From positions 434,001 to 498,000 of the forward strand of contig JAYWIR010000012.1 in NCBI GenBank assembly GCA_036172245.1: DNA of 64,000 nucleotides. Reading direction: 5' to 3'. Positions within the stretch are counted from its first letter, which is position 1. Every line of letters begins with the position of its first letter. The translations under genes were made by a program, and so were the position numbers. The notes beneath the pieces are model-generated. The model saw only the letters and a list, made by a program, of their open reading frames with translations. It ran no database searches and was not told where the DNA came from. Of this stretch, positions 51,984-62,290 are shown piece by piece. The stretch is from Raillietiella orientalis (lineage: Eukaryota).

Positions 51984-52444
51984 GGATTCATGCAGGTGAA
52001 AATGAAGCCAAAGAATTTGCTTTTGCTGGTGACCAAGTCCAGCTAACTTTGTTGGGTATAGATGCTGCTCATGTAGGAATAGGTTCTGTGATTTGCTATC
52101 CAGCCAGTCCAATTAAGAGTGTAACTCGATTCTCAGGAAGAATTGTGGTTTTCAATACAGCTCAGCCAATTGTTGAAGGTGTCTCAGTGTTGTTGCACTG
52201 CAAGGCACTAACTGAACCAGCAACCATCTGCAGGCTGGTGCAACAACTGGACAAAACTACTGGAGCTGTGCTTAAACGCCATCCCCGTTATCTTTTGCCC
52301 AACTCAAGTGCAGTAGTAGAGATTGAAGTAGGCAGACCTATTTGCCTAGAATTGTATGCAGATATGAAAGAATTAGGTAGATTTATGATAAGACAAGCTG
52401 GACAAACCATTGCTGCTGGTATTGTGATCAAGGTTAGTTCATGA
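51984..52444 (+). CDS. HBS1L: HBS1L terminal exon (domains II/III)
   Basis: Follows a 46-nt intron; GIHAGENEAKEFAFAGDQVQLTL...RPICLELYADMKELGRFMIRQAGQTIAAGIV, stop TGA at 52444. A possible donor AAG|gttagt at 52433 could instead add a short last exon near 52589. Confidence 0.9.
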
Positions 52445-53594
52445 ATTCTCCAACTTCCTGGTGCATATGTGGTTGCAGATCTAACACATATCAAGAGTTT
52501 ATCTTGTGATTATCCCTTCCCATTCACAACTTTAAGATCAAAAGGATGGTGTCTCTCAGATAATTTCTTCTATTTGCTTTTTAACAGAAATCTGGGCATC
52601 AATGAAATACATCAGAAAATGTACAATTGTCATTTCATTTAGCTGGATTTTATGCATTGCAGTACTCAGATTGCATGTGAATAGAAGCACTGACAGAGTG
52701 TCAGGTGCTTGCTCATGTGCATTTTAAAGGATAAAAAGAAAGCTCAGACTAGACCTTTGTGATGTGTAAACTGATCCCTAAAAGTGATGCCATGATTTTT
52801 TCATTGGTAACCAGGAAACAGTTATGTCGAAGGGTAATGAGAAATGCAAGCTCTCCCTCAAATTATTTAGATTTCTCCCAACATACATTTTCTGTAAACC
52901 ATGATAAGCAATTACTTCTAGCTGCAAAGTCAGTTTTCCACTATTTTTTTTTTAAGAAACCAGGTATTTGAGTTAGTGGCTATCTGTGGTTTCCAGTAAT
53001 TCAGGGCATCAGCATGTGTACCAATTATATGCTAATGTTAGACAAATTCATGGAATCCCTTTCCAAACTCCTACATGCTAAGAATGAAACATTAGCAGAA
53101 CAAGTAAAGCATATTCAGGCAAGCTGTAGAATGATCATGCAGTAGCAGTACATGTGAATTGTGGAATCATGATTTACTAATCATGTACACTTTAAGGTTC
53201 ACCGCTAGTTAAGTTAGTAGCTAGAGACTGTAAATGTAGTAAATATGAAAACTAGTATGCGATATCAACAGAAACAAGTAAATAATCGGGATTTCCAGCG
53301 AGCTATCAACGCTTGCATCCTGTGAATGAAACTATTCAGCTCTGGAATCTAGAGAGCTTTCTTGCAAAAACATCTTCCATTAACACCATTCCATCTTCCG
53401 TTAACACCATTTTGAGCCCCATTCCTTCGCGATTAAGGAGAACGCAAACAACATTTTTGCTGAAGAAAAATTATTATAGTGTCAATTTCTTGGAAGATTC
53501 TTCGGAGTGCTTTCTAGAATTCTGAAACTTCTCAAGCAGCTCAAAGATATTCTAAACATTATGAAATAAGACAATTCTTGGGAACCAAACTTTC

Positions 53595-53608
53595 TCCTAG
53601 TATTTTGT
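53595..53608 (+). repeat. Candidate target-site duplication, left copy
   Basis: TCCTAGTATTTTGT, identical to 59385-59398. Confidence 0.7.
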
Positions 53609-53756
53609 TTTTCCCCAAGTCCCACAAGGGGTGGGGTAAATTTATTTTCATTTTTTTTTTTTTAATAGCATTCACACTACAGTCAGTCACATTCATACAA
53701 TACACTACTTGTTCTGTATTCACTGGAAGACCTTGGGATTCACTGAAGTTCTGCAC

Positions 53757-56700
53757 TTAGGGTGGGTATGCGGGTGTTTGGTCCGGGGCGTCGTCTTCAA
53801 TCCTCTTAAGGATGAGTCTGTACGTCCAGGCTGCTCGTCTTCCACAATTTCTTATGCCGATTTCCTTCTTCAGGAGTCCTTGCAGGATCTCCATCGGAGG
53901 TGCGGCTCTCCTGGCTTTCCTCATCTTCCACCACCGCACCAGAATGGCAGTGATGAAGAGGGCAATGGTCGTCCTCACCATGGGATTGTAACAGAGAACA
54001 TTACCATCCCCCTGAAACATCCCGGCTAGGATCTCCATCGTGGAACTGGTGGTGCGTCCAATGATCCGTTTAAGGATCAGCCAGTCGTGGAGCAATGTGG
54101 GACACGTCAGGATGTGAAGTCTGGTATCCGTGTCTCCACATGCCGGGCAGTCTTCGTCTCCTCTTCTTCTTGTGAAGTACTTTAGTCTGGACCCGCTCAG
54201 GATTCCTCCGTGATAGAACATCAGGAGGTTGTCCTGGCTGTCCGGCGGAGGGTCACTCCTCCATAGGGTCGTGCCGATCGCCAACAGGTTGATCCTGTTG
54301 CTTCCGTAGCGATTGGCCGCTTCCTGGAGGGCACTGGTGTCTTCATCTTGATCCTTTATCATTCTTCGGAGGTTTGTTTTGGTTACCCTGGACCACGCAA
54401 AGTCATCGTGGTTTATCCACACTTCGCGGGTCCGGTGGGTGAACCTACCTAGCATCTTCTCGATATACCGAAGTATACGAGCATGATGTAGGTGGCCTCC
54501 TTTTCTCCATTCCTGGATTCGTTGCAAGGTAACTCTGTGCCGCCGGTAGATCCATCCTCGGGTATCGTACGGGACCGGAAGCATCCAAGGGATCACGAGG
54601 ATGGACTCCTGTTGCCAGAGTTCCCTGCTTCTTGGCACGATCTTGATCTTGTACTTTCGTACCAGCAGTTGTTTCCTCCTCCAGGTCGGGTCGATGGTCA
54701 TCCACTCCCCTACTCGGCCTAGCAGCGCAGTCATCAGACCTTTCGAGTTGTTAAGCAACATCGAGTAGGCCCTATGCGCCACGTACGGCCAGTCGTCCCA
54801 TTGTTCGGCGATATCCAGGATGTGTCGCGTGTCCATGAGTGCCATGGAGTGTGCAAGCGACTTCATCCCGGTTCCACCTTCTTCTTTGGGACGACATAGG
54901 GGTTTCAAACGAACTCTTGGGCGATATTTGCCCCATAATGTCTTCCTTTGCAGTTTTTCCAGCTCCCTCGAGGTGTCCCTTTTCACTCTCGCAAAGGCCG
55001 CCCCGAAGAGCACCTTAGGAAGGAGGACTCCATTCCAGAGGTTGGCCTTGCGTTTCATTCCAAGGTCCTGTCGGGTGTACTTCGCTGCCTCTTTCGCCGT
55101 TTTCCCCAGGGTTTCATCCCACAAAAGCTTCGACGCAGGGCCGTCGCCAATGTAGACTCCCAGGTATTTGGCTGTGTCCACCGTTCGGAATCCTCTCCCC
55201 TTGAGGACGGAGAGGTCCAGGATTCCGACGGGCAAAAGTTGGCTTTTCCTTGCATTGATCTTTAATCCTAGTCCTTCTTCCATGAGCGTCACCACTTCCA
55301 GGAACGCACGCTGATTTCGTTCTCCTTTCATGAAGAAGAGAAGGTCATCAGCGTACGCCAGGTGGGTGAGCCGCTGGTCGTCGATCTGAATGCCACGTCC
55401 ACTCTTCTCGATGTACGAGGACAGCGCCTCCATGTAAATAACGAACAGCATAGGACTTAGCGAGTCGCCCTGGCGGACTCCTCGTTCCATCCTAATTGCT
55501 GTCGTGTCTTCGCCGTTGATCTTGATTCGGCAGTACTGGTTCTCGAGTACCAATCTCACGAGGGTGCTGAAGTATTCCGGAAGGCCCAGCTTGTCCAGAA
55601 TCTTCAGCAGCATCCCATGGTCGATGGAGTCGAAAGCCTTCTCCATGTCAGTGAACACCAGCACCAGGTCCTCGCCGACGTACCGGCTGAGTCCCACGGT
55701 GGCCTGGGCACACTTGACATTGTCCAACATGTGGCGTCCGGGCACCGCACATGTTTGGACCGGAGAGATGAGCTTCGGCATGACCTTGCCTAAGCGGTTC
55801 GACCAGATCTTTGCCAACCACTTGGCATCGGAGTTTAGGACGGAGATTGGCCTCCATTGGGCGACCTGCGTGAGGTCGCCTCCTTTCGGCAACAATCTCA
55901 TCCGACTCTCGTAGAAGGACTCGGGTAGTCTTCCTTCTTCACGGATGCAGAGGGTGAGCTGATGGAACAAGCGCAGGTAGGCGTGCAGGTACCGCTGATA
56001 GTGCGTGATGGGTACACTATCAGGGCCCACTGCCACGTCCTTCCGCAGTTGCCCAAAAGCCGTTTTCACCTCATCTTCGGAGAAATCCTCCTCCAGTTCA
56101 TCTCTCTGGAGATCGCTTGTCCTCTTCTCGAGGTAGCTCAGGAAAGTTCTCTGCATAGACTTGCACGTGTGTTGCCGTCGAAAGTGTTCTTCGTAGTGCT
56201 GATGGAATGCTCCCACGATGTCTTCCGACGTGTGCCGCTTCTGGCCGCCGTACTGGATGCAGAAGATGTCTGTCGCCAGATTCTTCTTTTCCAGCACGCC
56301 GACCTCCCCTTTCACATTATTGAAGACCTACCGACTCTCGTATTGATCGTAATACTTGGAGAGGGAGCGGTCTTGGATGTTGAGCTCCTGGTACGCTTCT
56401 TGCCTCAGTCGCTTGCAAAAGTACTGCATGTTGCAGAACAGGTGGAACCGATGCTTCAACCTGTCCCAGTCAGTGACTCTGCGGATGGTGGTGTCATGCA
56501 GAATCGCCTCGATCACCTCCTGGTGACAGGGAAGCATCTCAAACCAGGCGGGCATGCAGATGAGCGCCGCCCTAGTGGCCTTTCGCCGTCGAGGATTTTC
56601 CGTGCGGAGGGAGAACCGAACCAAAGGGTGATCGGACAGCAGGTGAGGAATGTCGCGAAAACCCTGGATTCGGTTGTCGATCTCCACGCTATGAAGGACA

Positions 56701-57269
56701 TGATCGATCGGTTTGTGGCTGGCTGTTCGCCACACGAGTCCGAAGTCGTCGGACAACCGTCGATACGCCTCTCTTTCTCTGATGTCTTGACGGTACTTGA
56801 TGTGGTCTAGAATATTCAGGTCACCTGCGACGATGACCATGTCCTTCGGTGCTACACGTTGGCGGAGTGCCTCGTGGAGAGCCTCCGCGCACCGATGCTT
56901 GTTCTTGTGCGGTCCGTACACGTTCACCAGAAACCGGTGAACGTTGTCGGACCAGGACAGTCGCACGCCGATTATCCTTCCAGCGAGTGGACAGAAGGTT
57001 TCCAGAAGGGTGTGGACGAGCTCGTTCTTGATGAGGATCGCCACACCCATGGTCTTATTTTGTCCCTCGCTGACAAACAGTTGCCCATTGAACCGGCGTT
57101 CCATCTCCTGGGCGTTTTGTTGCCCGAGACGGTGGGTTTCCTGTAGGCACACTACGTCTTGTCTTGCGATGGTCCGCAAGATTGTCTTCCTTTTGCCTTG
57201 GTCTGTCAATCCATTGATGTTCCAGGAGGCGATGTTTAGCCTCCTGGCGTTCGCTAGCGACGAGGACAT
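53757..57269 (-). pseudogene. Retrotransposon ORF2 (APE endonuclease, reverse transcriptase, C-terminal zinc finger) with one in-frame TAG
   Basis: APE motifs SWNINGL, CLQETH, NVYGP, AGDLN, IDHVL, SDHPLV. RT motifs WRPISVLNSDAK, DMEKAFDSIDH, GVRQGDSLSPMLF, YADDL, YLGV. Finger CPACGDTDTRLHILTC. The two track ORFs (57269-56328 and 56315-53757) are in the same frame, separated by a single TAG at 56330-56328. Confidence 0.93.
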
Positions 57270-57284
57270 GAAAGGGTTCGAAGT

Positions 57285-59086
57285 CTAATGCTTCGCTTTC
57301 CTCAGCTTCTTCTGACGGGGAGACCTTTCGCGTCTCGCCGTCGAGGAAGCTGGCTTCTCACTCCCGGCATCGCTCTCCGTGCCGGTGTGGTCTGTGGACT
57401 CCCGGTCCGTCTCCATTGTGCGTTCTGCCCTGGCGATCGCTTTGCGCGGAAGTGTCTCGAGGGAGACCTTCGCGCAGTACGCTGCTTTCACTTCGAAAAG
57501 CTGGTTCTCTAGCTTTTCGCGCTCTTCTTGGATCACCAGGGTGTTGATTCCCTGTTGGGTTTCATTGATGCGAGTCAGGAGTTGCTCCTGCTGCACCTCA
57601 CTTTTCTCCCCCTGCACTTCTTCCGCAAGCTTCACCACCTCCTCGGTGAGCTGCACCGCCTCCTGCGATGTCGGAACGGTTTCGGTGATTTCCATCACCT
57701 CGCCTTCCGGCACACCCTGCTTCTCGCCAACCTGCTCTACTTCGGCCTTCTCGCCAACCTGCTCCTCGACCTGCGCAGCAGAGGATTCTTGCTCCTTCAC
57801 GAGCATCCTCCTCTTGCCGCCCTTCCCCACCGTGGTGAAGCCGTCCGCCGAAACTGGGGCTGCCTCCTTCGCCTTCCTCTGCTTCATCGCCCTTTGAGGT
57901 TTGATTACCTCCTCCAACACCAGTGTCCTAACTGGGGATTGACCCCGCATCGTTCTGTAAACTCCGGGCAGCACCACTTTGCATGCCCCGGAGACTTGCA
58001 GAACGAACACACCTCCGGCATGCTGCAGTCCCGCACCTGGTGGCCCTGCTTCCCACAACGGAAGCACTTGGCCCTCGGGCAGACTCGCTGCCGGTGTCCA
58101 AAGGTTTTGCAGCCGTTGCAGAAAACTGGCTGCGCCCTATATCGAACGGAGACTCCCATGTCGTCCCCGTCGAAGTAGATCATCCCAGGAACCTGGACTT
58201 CCTCCTTCAACTTCATCTTCACCGTCGCCTCCCCCGAAAAGATCTTTCCCGATATATTGTGGAAGTTGCTGTCCAGTACCTCGCCGTACTGCGACAGTTT
58301 CCTCCACACAGCCCTTTGGGTGACGAACGGCCCGAGTCCGCTCAGGAATAGGGTGGTGTACGGCATTTCGCCGACGCCACACACTATCCTGCCCTGGATG
58401 TTGATCCCTTTTTCAATTAGGGATTCCCTTATTTCTTCACAGTCGGTGTACACTGTGAATCCCGAGGTGTTCGGGACGATCGCCTGCAGGCGGTCAAAGT
58501 CCACTTGCTGTTTGTAGAGAGCCAGGTATACCTCTTTGATGTTGTTCATTTTTATAAGTCCAGTCTTGAACGTGACCGTCTTCACGTTCGGCCCTAGTTG
58601 AATTATGGGCTCGTCGATGTCTCGTATCGGCCCAGACTCTGGCTTCCCGAATTTCCTCTGCGGCTGGGTGGTCGCCGTCCCAGCCGCCACCGCCGCATAG
58701 GAAAAAGCTGCCGCCGCTGCCGGTGGCCGCCCCACGGTCGCAGCCACCGCGCAAGATGGCGTCGCGTCACTAGCAACGGTGGGGCCTACGGGCCCTCCCG
58801 TCGCTACGGCGACCGCCGTCGCCGGGGACGCCGCCGCCGCCACCGCCATCGTCGTCTCCACCGCTTCCATCGGAGTCGCGCCGGAAGAAACACACGATTG
58901 CCCTACCTCCATGGGCTGTGGCTTCTCCGTGGCTCCCATCCACCGCTGCTCTTGCATCTTGACGGAGTGCTGCTGCACCGCCGCCGGGGAGGGTCGCGAC
59001 TCCTCCACCTTGGACTCCCTTTCGCTGCTTCTGCTGCTGCAGTCGCTGTGGGACGTCCTTGGTTGCGCACTCACTGTTTTTTTCAC
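57285..59086 (-). pseudogene. Retrotransposon ORF1 (gag-like, RRM-like region and three CCHC zinc knuckles) with one frameshift
   Basis: CNGCKTFGHRQRVC, CFRCGKQGHQVRDC, CSFCKSPGHAKWC. First ATG is at 58957. The frame shifts near 57960 into the E/Q-rich coiled-coil-like C-terminal part (ORF 58067-57285). Confidence 0.88.
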
Positions 59087-59094
59087 TCAGCACT

Positions 59095-59221
59095 TGCCCT
59101 CTAGGGGCACGCAAAAATTGCCGCGGCAGTGATGTTACTCACTGCCTTGGCGGGGTATTGGGTAAAGTTTTCAACTAGCAATAATCACGGCTCAGTCGCC
59201 TTCCTCGCCTATGATACTGCC
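59095..59221 (-). ncRNA. U4 snRNA-like sequence (lacking the canonical 5' U6-pairing arm) in the retrotransposon 5' leader
   Basis: Minus strand reads GGCAGTATCAT-AGGC-GAG-GA-AG-GCGA-CT-GA-GCC-GTGATTATTGCTAGTTGAAAACTTTACCCAATACCCCGCC-AA-GGCAGTGA-GTAACA-TCACTGCC-GCGGC-AATTTTTG-CG-TGCCC-CTAGA-GGGCA. This is the U4 order: k-turn stem-loop, TGCTA[A/G]TTGAAAACTTT core, central stem, Sm site, 3' hairpin. Match made from recall of metazoan U4, not from a search. Confidence 0.88.
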
Positions 59222-59384
59222 CGTGCCCTTCTCCTTTTTGACCAAGTCCTTAAAGGCTGCGGTCCTTAAAGTCCTTAAATACAAGTTTGAATTTATAATT
59301 TCGCAGATTCTGTCGTCTACTACTTTTTGCATGCCCCACACTTCCTGTCAAAGTGCGAACTGTGACATTTTCCAGCTTTCTGGA

Positions 59385-59398
59385 TCCTAGTATTTTGT
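59385..59398 (+). repeat. Candidate target-site duplication, right copy
   Basis: TCCTAGTATTTTGT, identical to 53595-53608. Confidence 0.7.
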
Positions 59399-61699
59399 AT
59401 TATGCTCTTGGTGTTTCCAAATAATTTCACATAACTTTTTTGAAGCTGTCTGTTCAATCAAAACAAGTCGTCTATGCTTGGCTTGTACGTGAGTTGGCAC
59501 AAATAATATGAAATCCTTTGTAGATTCTTGAGGCTATTCTTATTATTCCAATTAATGTCTATAACTCTAGAATATTTATGATTGGGATCCTTGAATTGCG
59601 ATATGCTTACCAGAAGCCCTTTGCAAGGATCACTTCCATGGTACAGCGGAGCATTTTTGTTTTTACATTCGGGTGTGTGGTTTTAAGACATTCAATTTTC
59701 AAATGAAGTAAATTATGCAAAAATTCTTGTATTAACACTGCTGTTGTTAGCAACCGCATAGCCACTTAGTTTCTTATTCAACAAATATGCCATGTTTGGC
59801 ACCAAATTCCCATAGCAAAAAAACAAAAGTAAAAATAAAGTAATGGACAATTATTCACATATAAATGTTGCACCGACTAACCTCCATACATTTTATCCGA
59901 GTTTTCCGATTCTGGAATGGGAACTGGAATGCACATAGTTCGCAATATTTAATAAAGCAATATCTCAAAAACATATTTGGTAGAATTGATAAAATAATAT
60001 GAGGTGAGAACTCCGATTTGGAAGTTTTATTGAACAAACTTTTTCCTCAGTAAGAATTCCAGCAATAATCTTTTGTGCCGTTTTTGGTCCTTCATCTAGG
60101 TCTGTTAATAATACCTCATCCCCCATTTACTAGATAAGCGGTTCCAAATAACAATCGACACCAATGCATTCGGCAGCAAAGGCTCTTGGATGACCGCGCC
60201 GTGCCATCGCGTGGACTCGGCCGGCGAGGAGACTTTCACCAGTGCGAAACTGGTCAAGCCATTTTTCCCGGGGTCAAATTTAAATTGATGGTCTCCTCGT
60301 TCCAGTTCCAGCTGGGCTGTGACGTGTGTGCCTCTTACAAGACTCCTCTCAAGCTCGAGAAGAAAAGCATTCTAGTTGAAATCAGCACGAATAATGACTT
60401 TTTGAAGAGCTATGAGCAGCAACAGCCTTGCGTTTTCATGAAAATCCCGAAAGTTTGGTTTCAAGGAAGCTCAAAATTAGTATTCAGCGGTTTCAAGTGC
60501 ATTTGAGAGCCAACCGAACAGATATTGCTGCTCCGCATGAGACATTAGGTTATGCTCGCCAGTGTAGGGTATTCTAAGCCTATCAACCTTCTAAGCTTGT
60601 TTTCCAGTGAGGTTGTCAAAATGTAATCCGTTTCGAACCCTTTTTTTTTTTTCTTCTTCTTTTTTTCAATTTAGCACTTGACATCTCTCTTTTCACCGTC
60701 TCCAGCCATGAACCGACATCAATGAGTCAGGTCGTTTGCATCATCAAATTTTTCGATCATTTACGACTGAACGTGACCGGGAGTCTTAGATATCCCGAAA
60801 ATACGCAGTATCTCCATCACTACCAGCTCTTCTTCACCTGGATCTTGCGGAGACCTGGGTCACAAAGATTCTACCTGTACAGAGTCATCTGAATGCATCT
60901 CTGGCTATAAGAAACGTGGATAATCATGCTTTTCTTAGAAGAAAAAAAAACACACAAAAAACGAAGGGTTACAGCAAAACTTGTGTAGCAACAGGCCTAT
61001 GACAGGAAAGTCCTCCAAGTTTGGTGTTTGTGACCTGTAAATGAAATTCGAAATAAGACAGGGTATACTGAGGGAAGCGAACGACAGTGGCGAGATCACC
61101 ATGTGGTACGTGTTTATTTTTTCAAAGAGATCTTGTACCAAAGAATTTTTCTAAAAACGAACGGGAACGTATCATGGCAATACGCTGCTGCTCCTACTCT
61201 CGCGCGCACCTGCGCCTAAGCCTCGATTGCAGTCTTCCTTCTGGTGTGCTGGGGATCTCCATGCAGTTCCATTACATCGGAAAAGCTGAGCCGTTGCCCT
61301 AGCAACGGAGATGGAAATATGGTAAACTCCATGATAGCTGGACAAGCATCTCATGAGGGCTGGTCACCGCAGCAGTAGCCTCTTGGGCAAGCTGATGGTG
61401 AAGGCCGTTCACAAGGCTTCCCTGCCGCCAGCATTGCTGCATCTAAACAAGGCTGTGTCACCTGCGCAGCATCATGAGCAGGAAATGGCTCGAGGAAATG
61501 GGGTTGCAGGCGAGCTCGAGGTCACTCATCTCCTTCATGGATCAAGCAACACGACTGCTCCCTAGCCGAAGGCCGGAATGTACCAGAATCCCGTTTTTGT
61601 GGAACCTTCTATTTGGTGTGTTAACTGGAGTGGTTTTCAACCTTCCTTCCCTTTCCTCTTCTCTCTCCTGCCGCAGATGCTTGGAAAATGCTTGGAAGC

Positions 61700-62290
61700 A
61701 TAAATATATATTAATAAATATGATAGTAGGAAAGATAGTAAATATTCATTATCATATATTAATATATATGATAGTGCGTATTTAGTACGCACATGTACGG
61801 GTGTATTTATTAATCTTTCCTACTATCATATATATTAATATATATTTATACATATGACAAATATATATTAAATAGATATATAAATATGGAATTATAAACA
61901 CAATGTACCTATCAAGCGGTCAAAATGCCGAAAATGCAATGCAGTTGTTGAGGAACTTTCATTTGTATTGTTAGAAATGACGGGAAAAGGGAGTGCCAAT
62001 TTTTTATCCTCATTTCAATTTGTCTTCTTTTTCAATTTCATTTCTTCCCACCATTTTTAATTGCCACCATTGTTTGTTTTTCATTATTTGATATTCATAT
62101 ATTCATTTCTACAAATTCATTTATGCATTAATCTACATATAAATATATATTATCTCTATATAACATCATAATATATATAAATATATATACTACCATCTAT
62201 CTATCTATCTATATACACATATGTATTAGTATATACAATAAACATATGTATTTATTTTCAAGGACGTTCGGGATTTCGAACTGAACCCTT
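61700..62290. mobile_element. Partial copy of the AT-rich TIR-like element
   Basis: Shares internal sequence with 31525-31650; ends TTCGGGATTTCGAACTGAACCC. Confidence 0.55.

Larger units (their letters stand above)
53609..59384 (-). mobile_element. Near full-length L1/Tx1-type non-LTR retrotransposon
   Basis: ORF1 (three CCHC knuckles) and ORF2 (APE, RT, CCHC) are 15 nt apart. The 3' end has an A run, AATAAA and a hairpin. The element is flanked by an exact 14-bp direct repeat TCCTAGTATTTTGT and is a GC-rich island in AT-rich DNA. Confidence 0.92.

Noticed and set aside
53631..53650. GGGTAAA..TTTTCA similarity to 59160-59173 as a TSD
   Set aside because: Short and gapped, and the right-hand copy is the U4 core. 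The exact 14-bp repeat is the better candidate.
59095..59234. Calling the U4-like sequence a functional spliceosomal U4 gene
   Set aside because: The 5' arm needed for U4/U6 stem II is not recognisable, and the sequence lies inside the element's flanking direct repeats.
59600..59700. Possible minus-strand exon ending ...CTTCTG|gtaagc
   Set aside because: One good donor, but no recognisable protein or consistent neighbouring exons.
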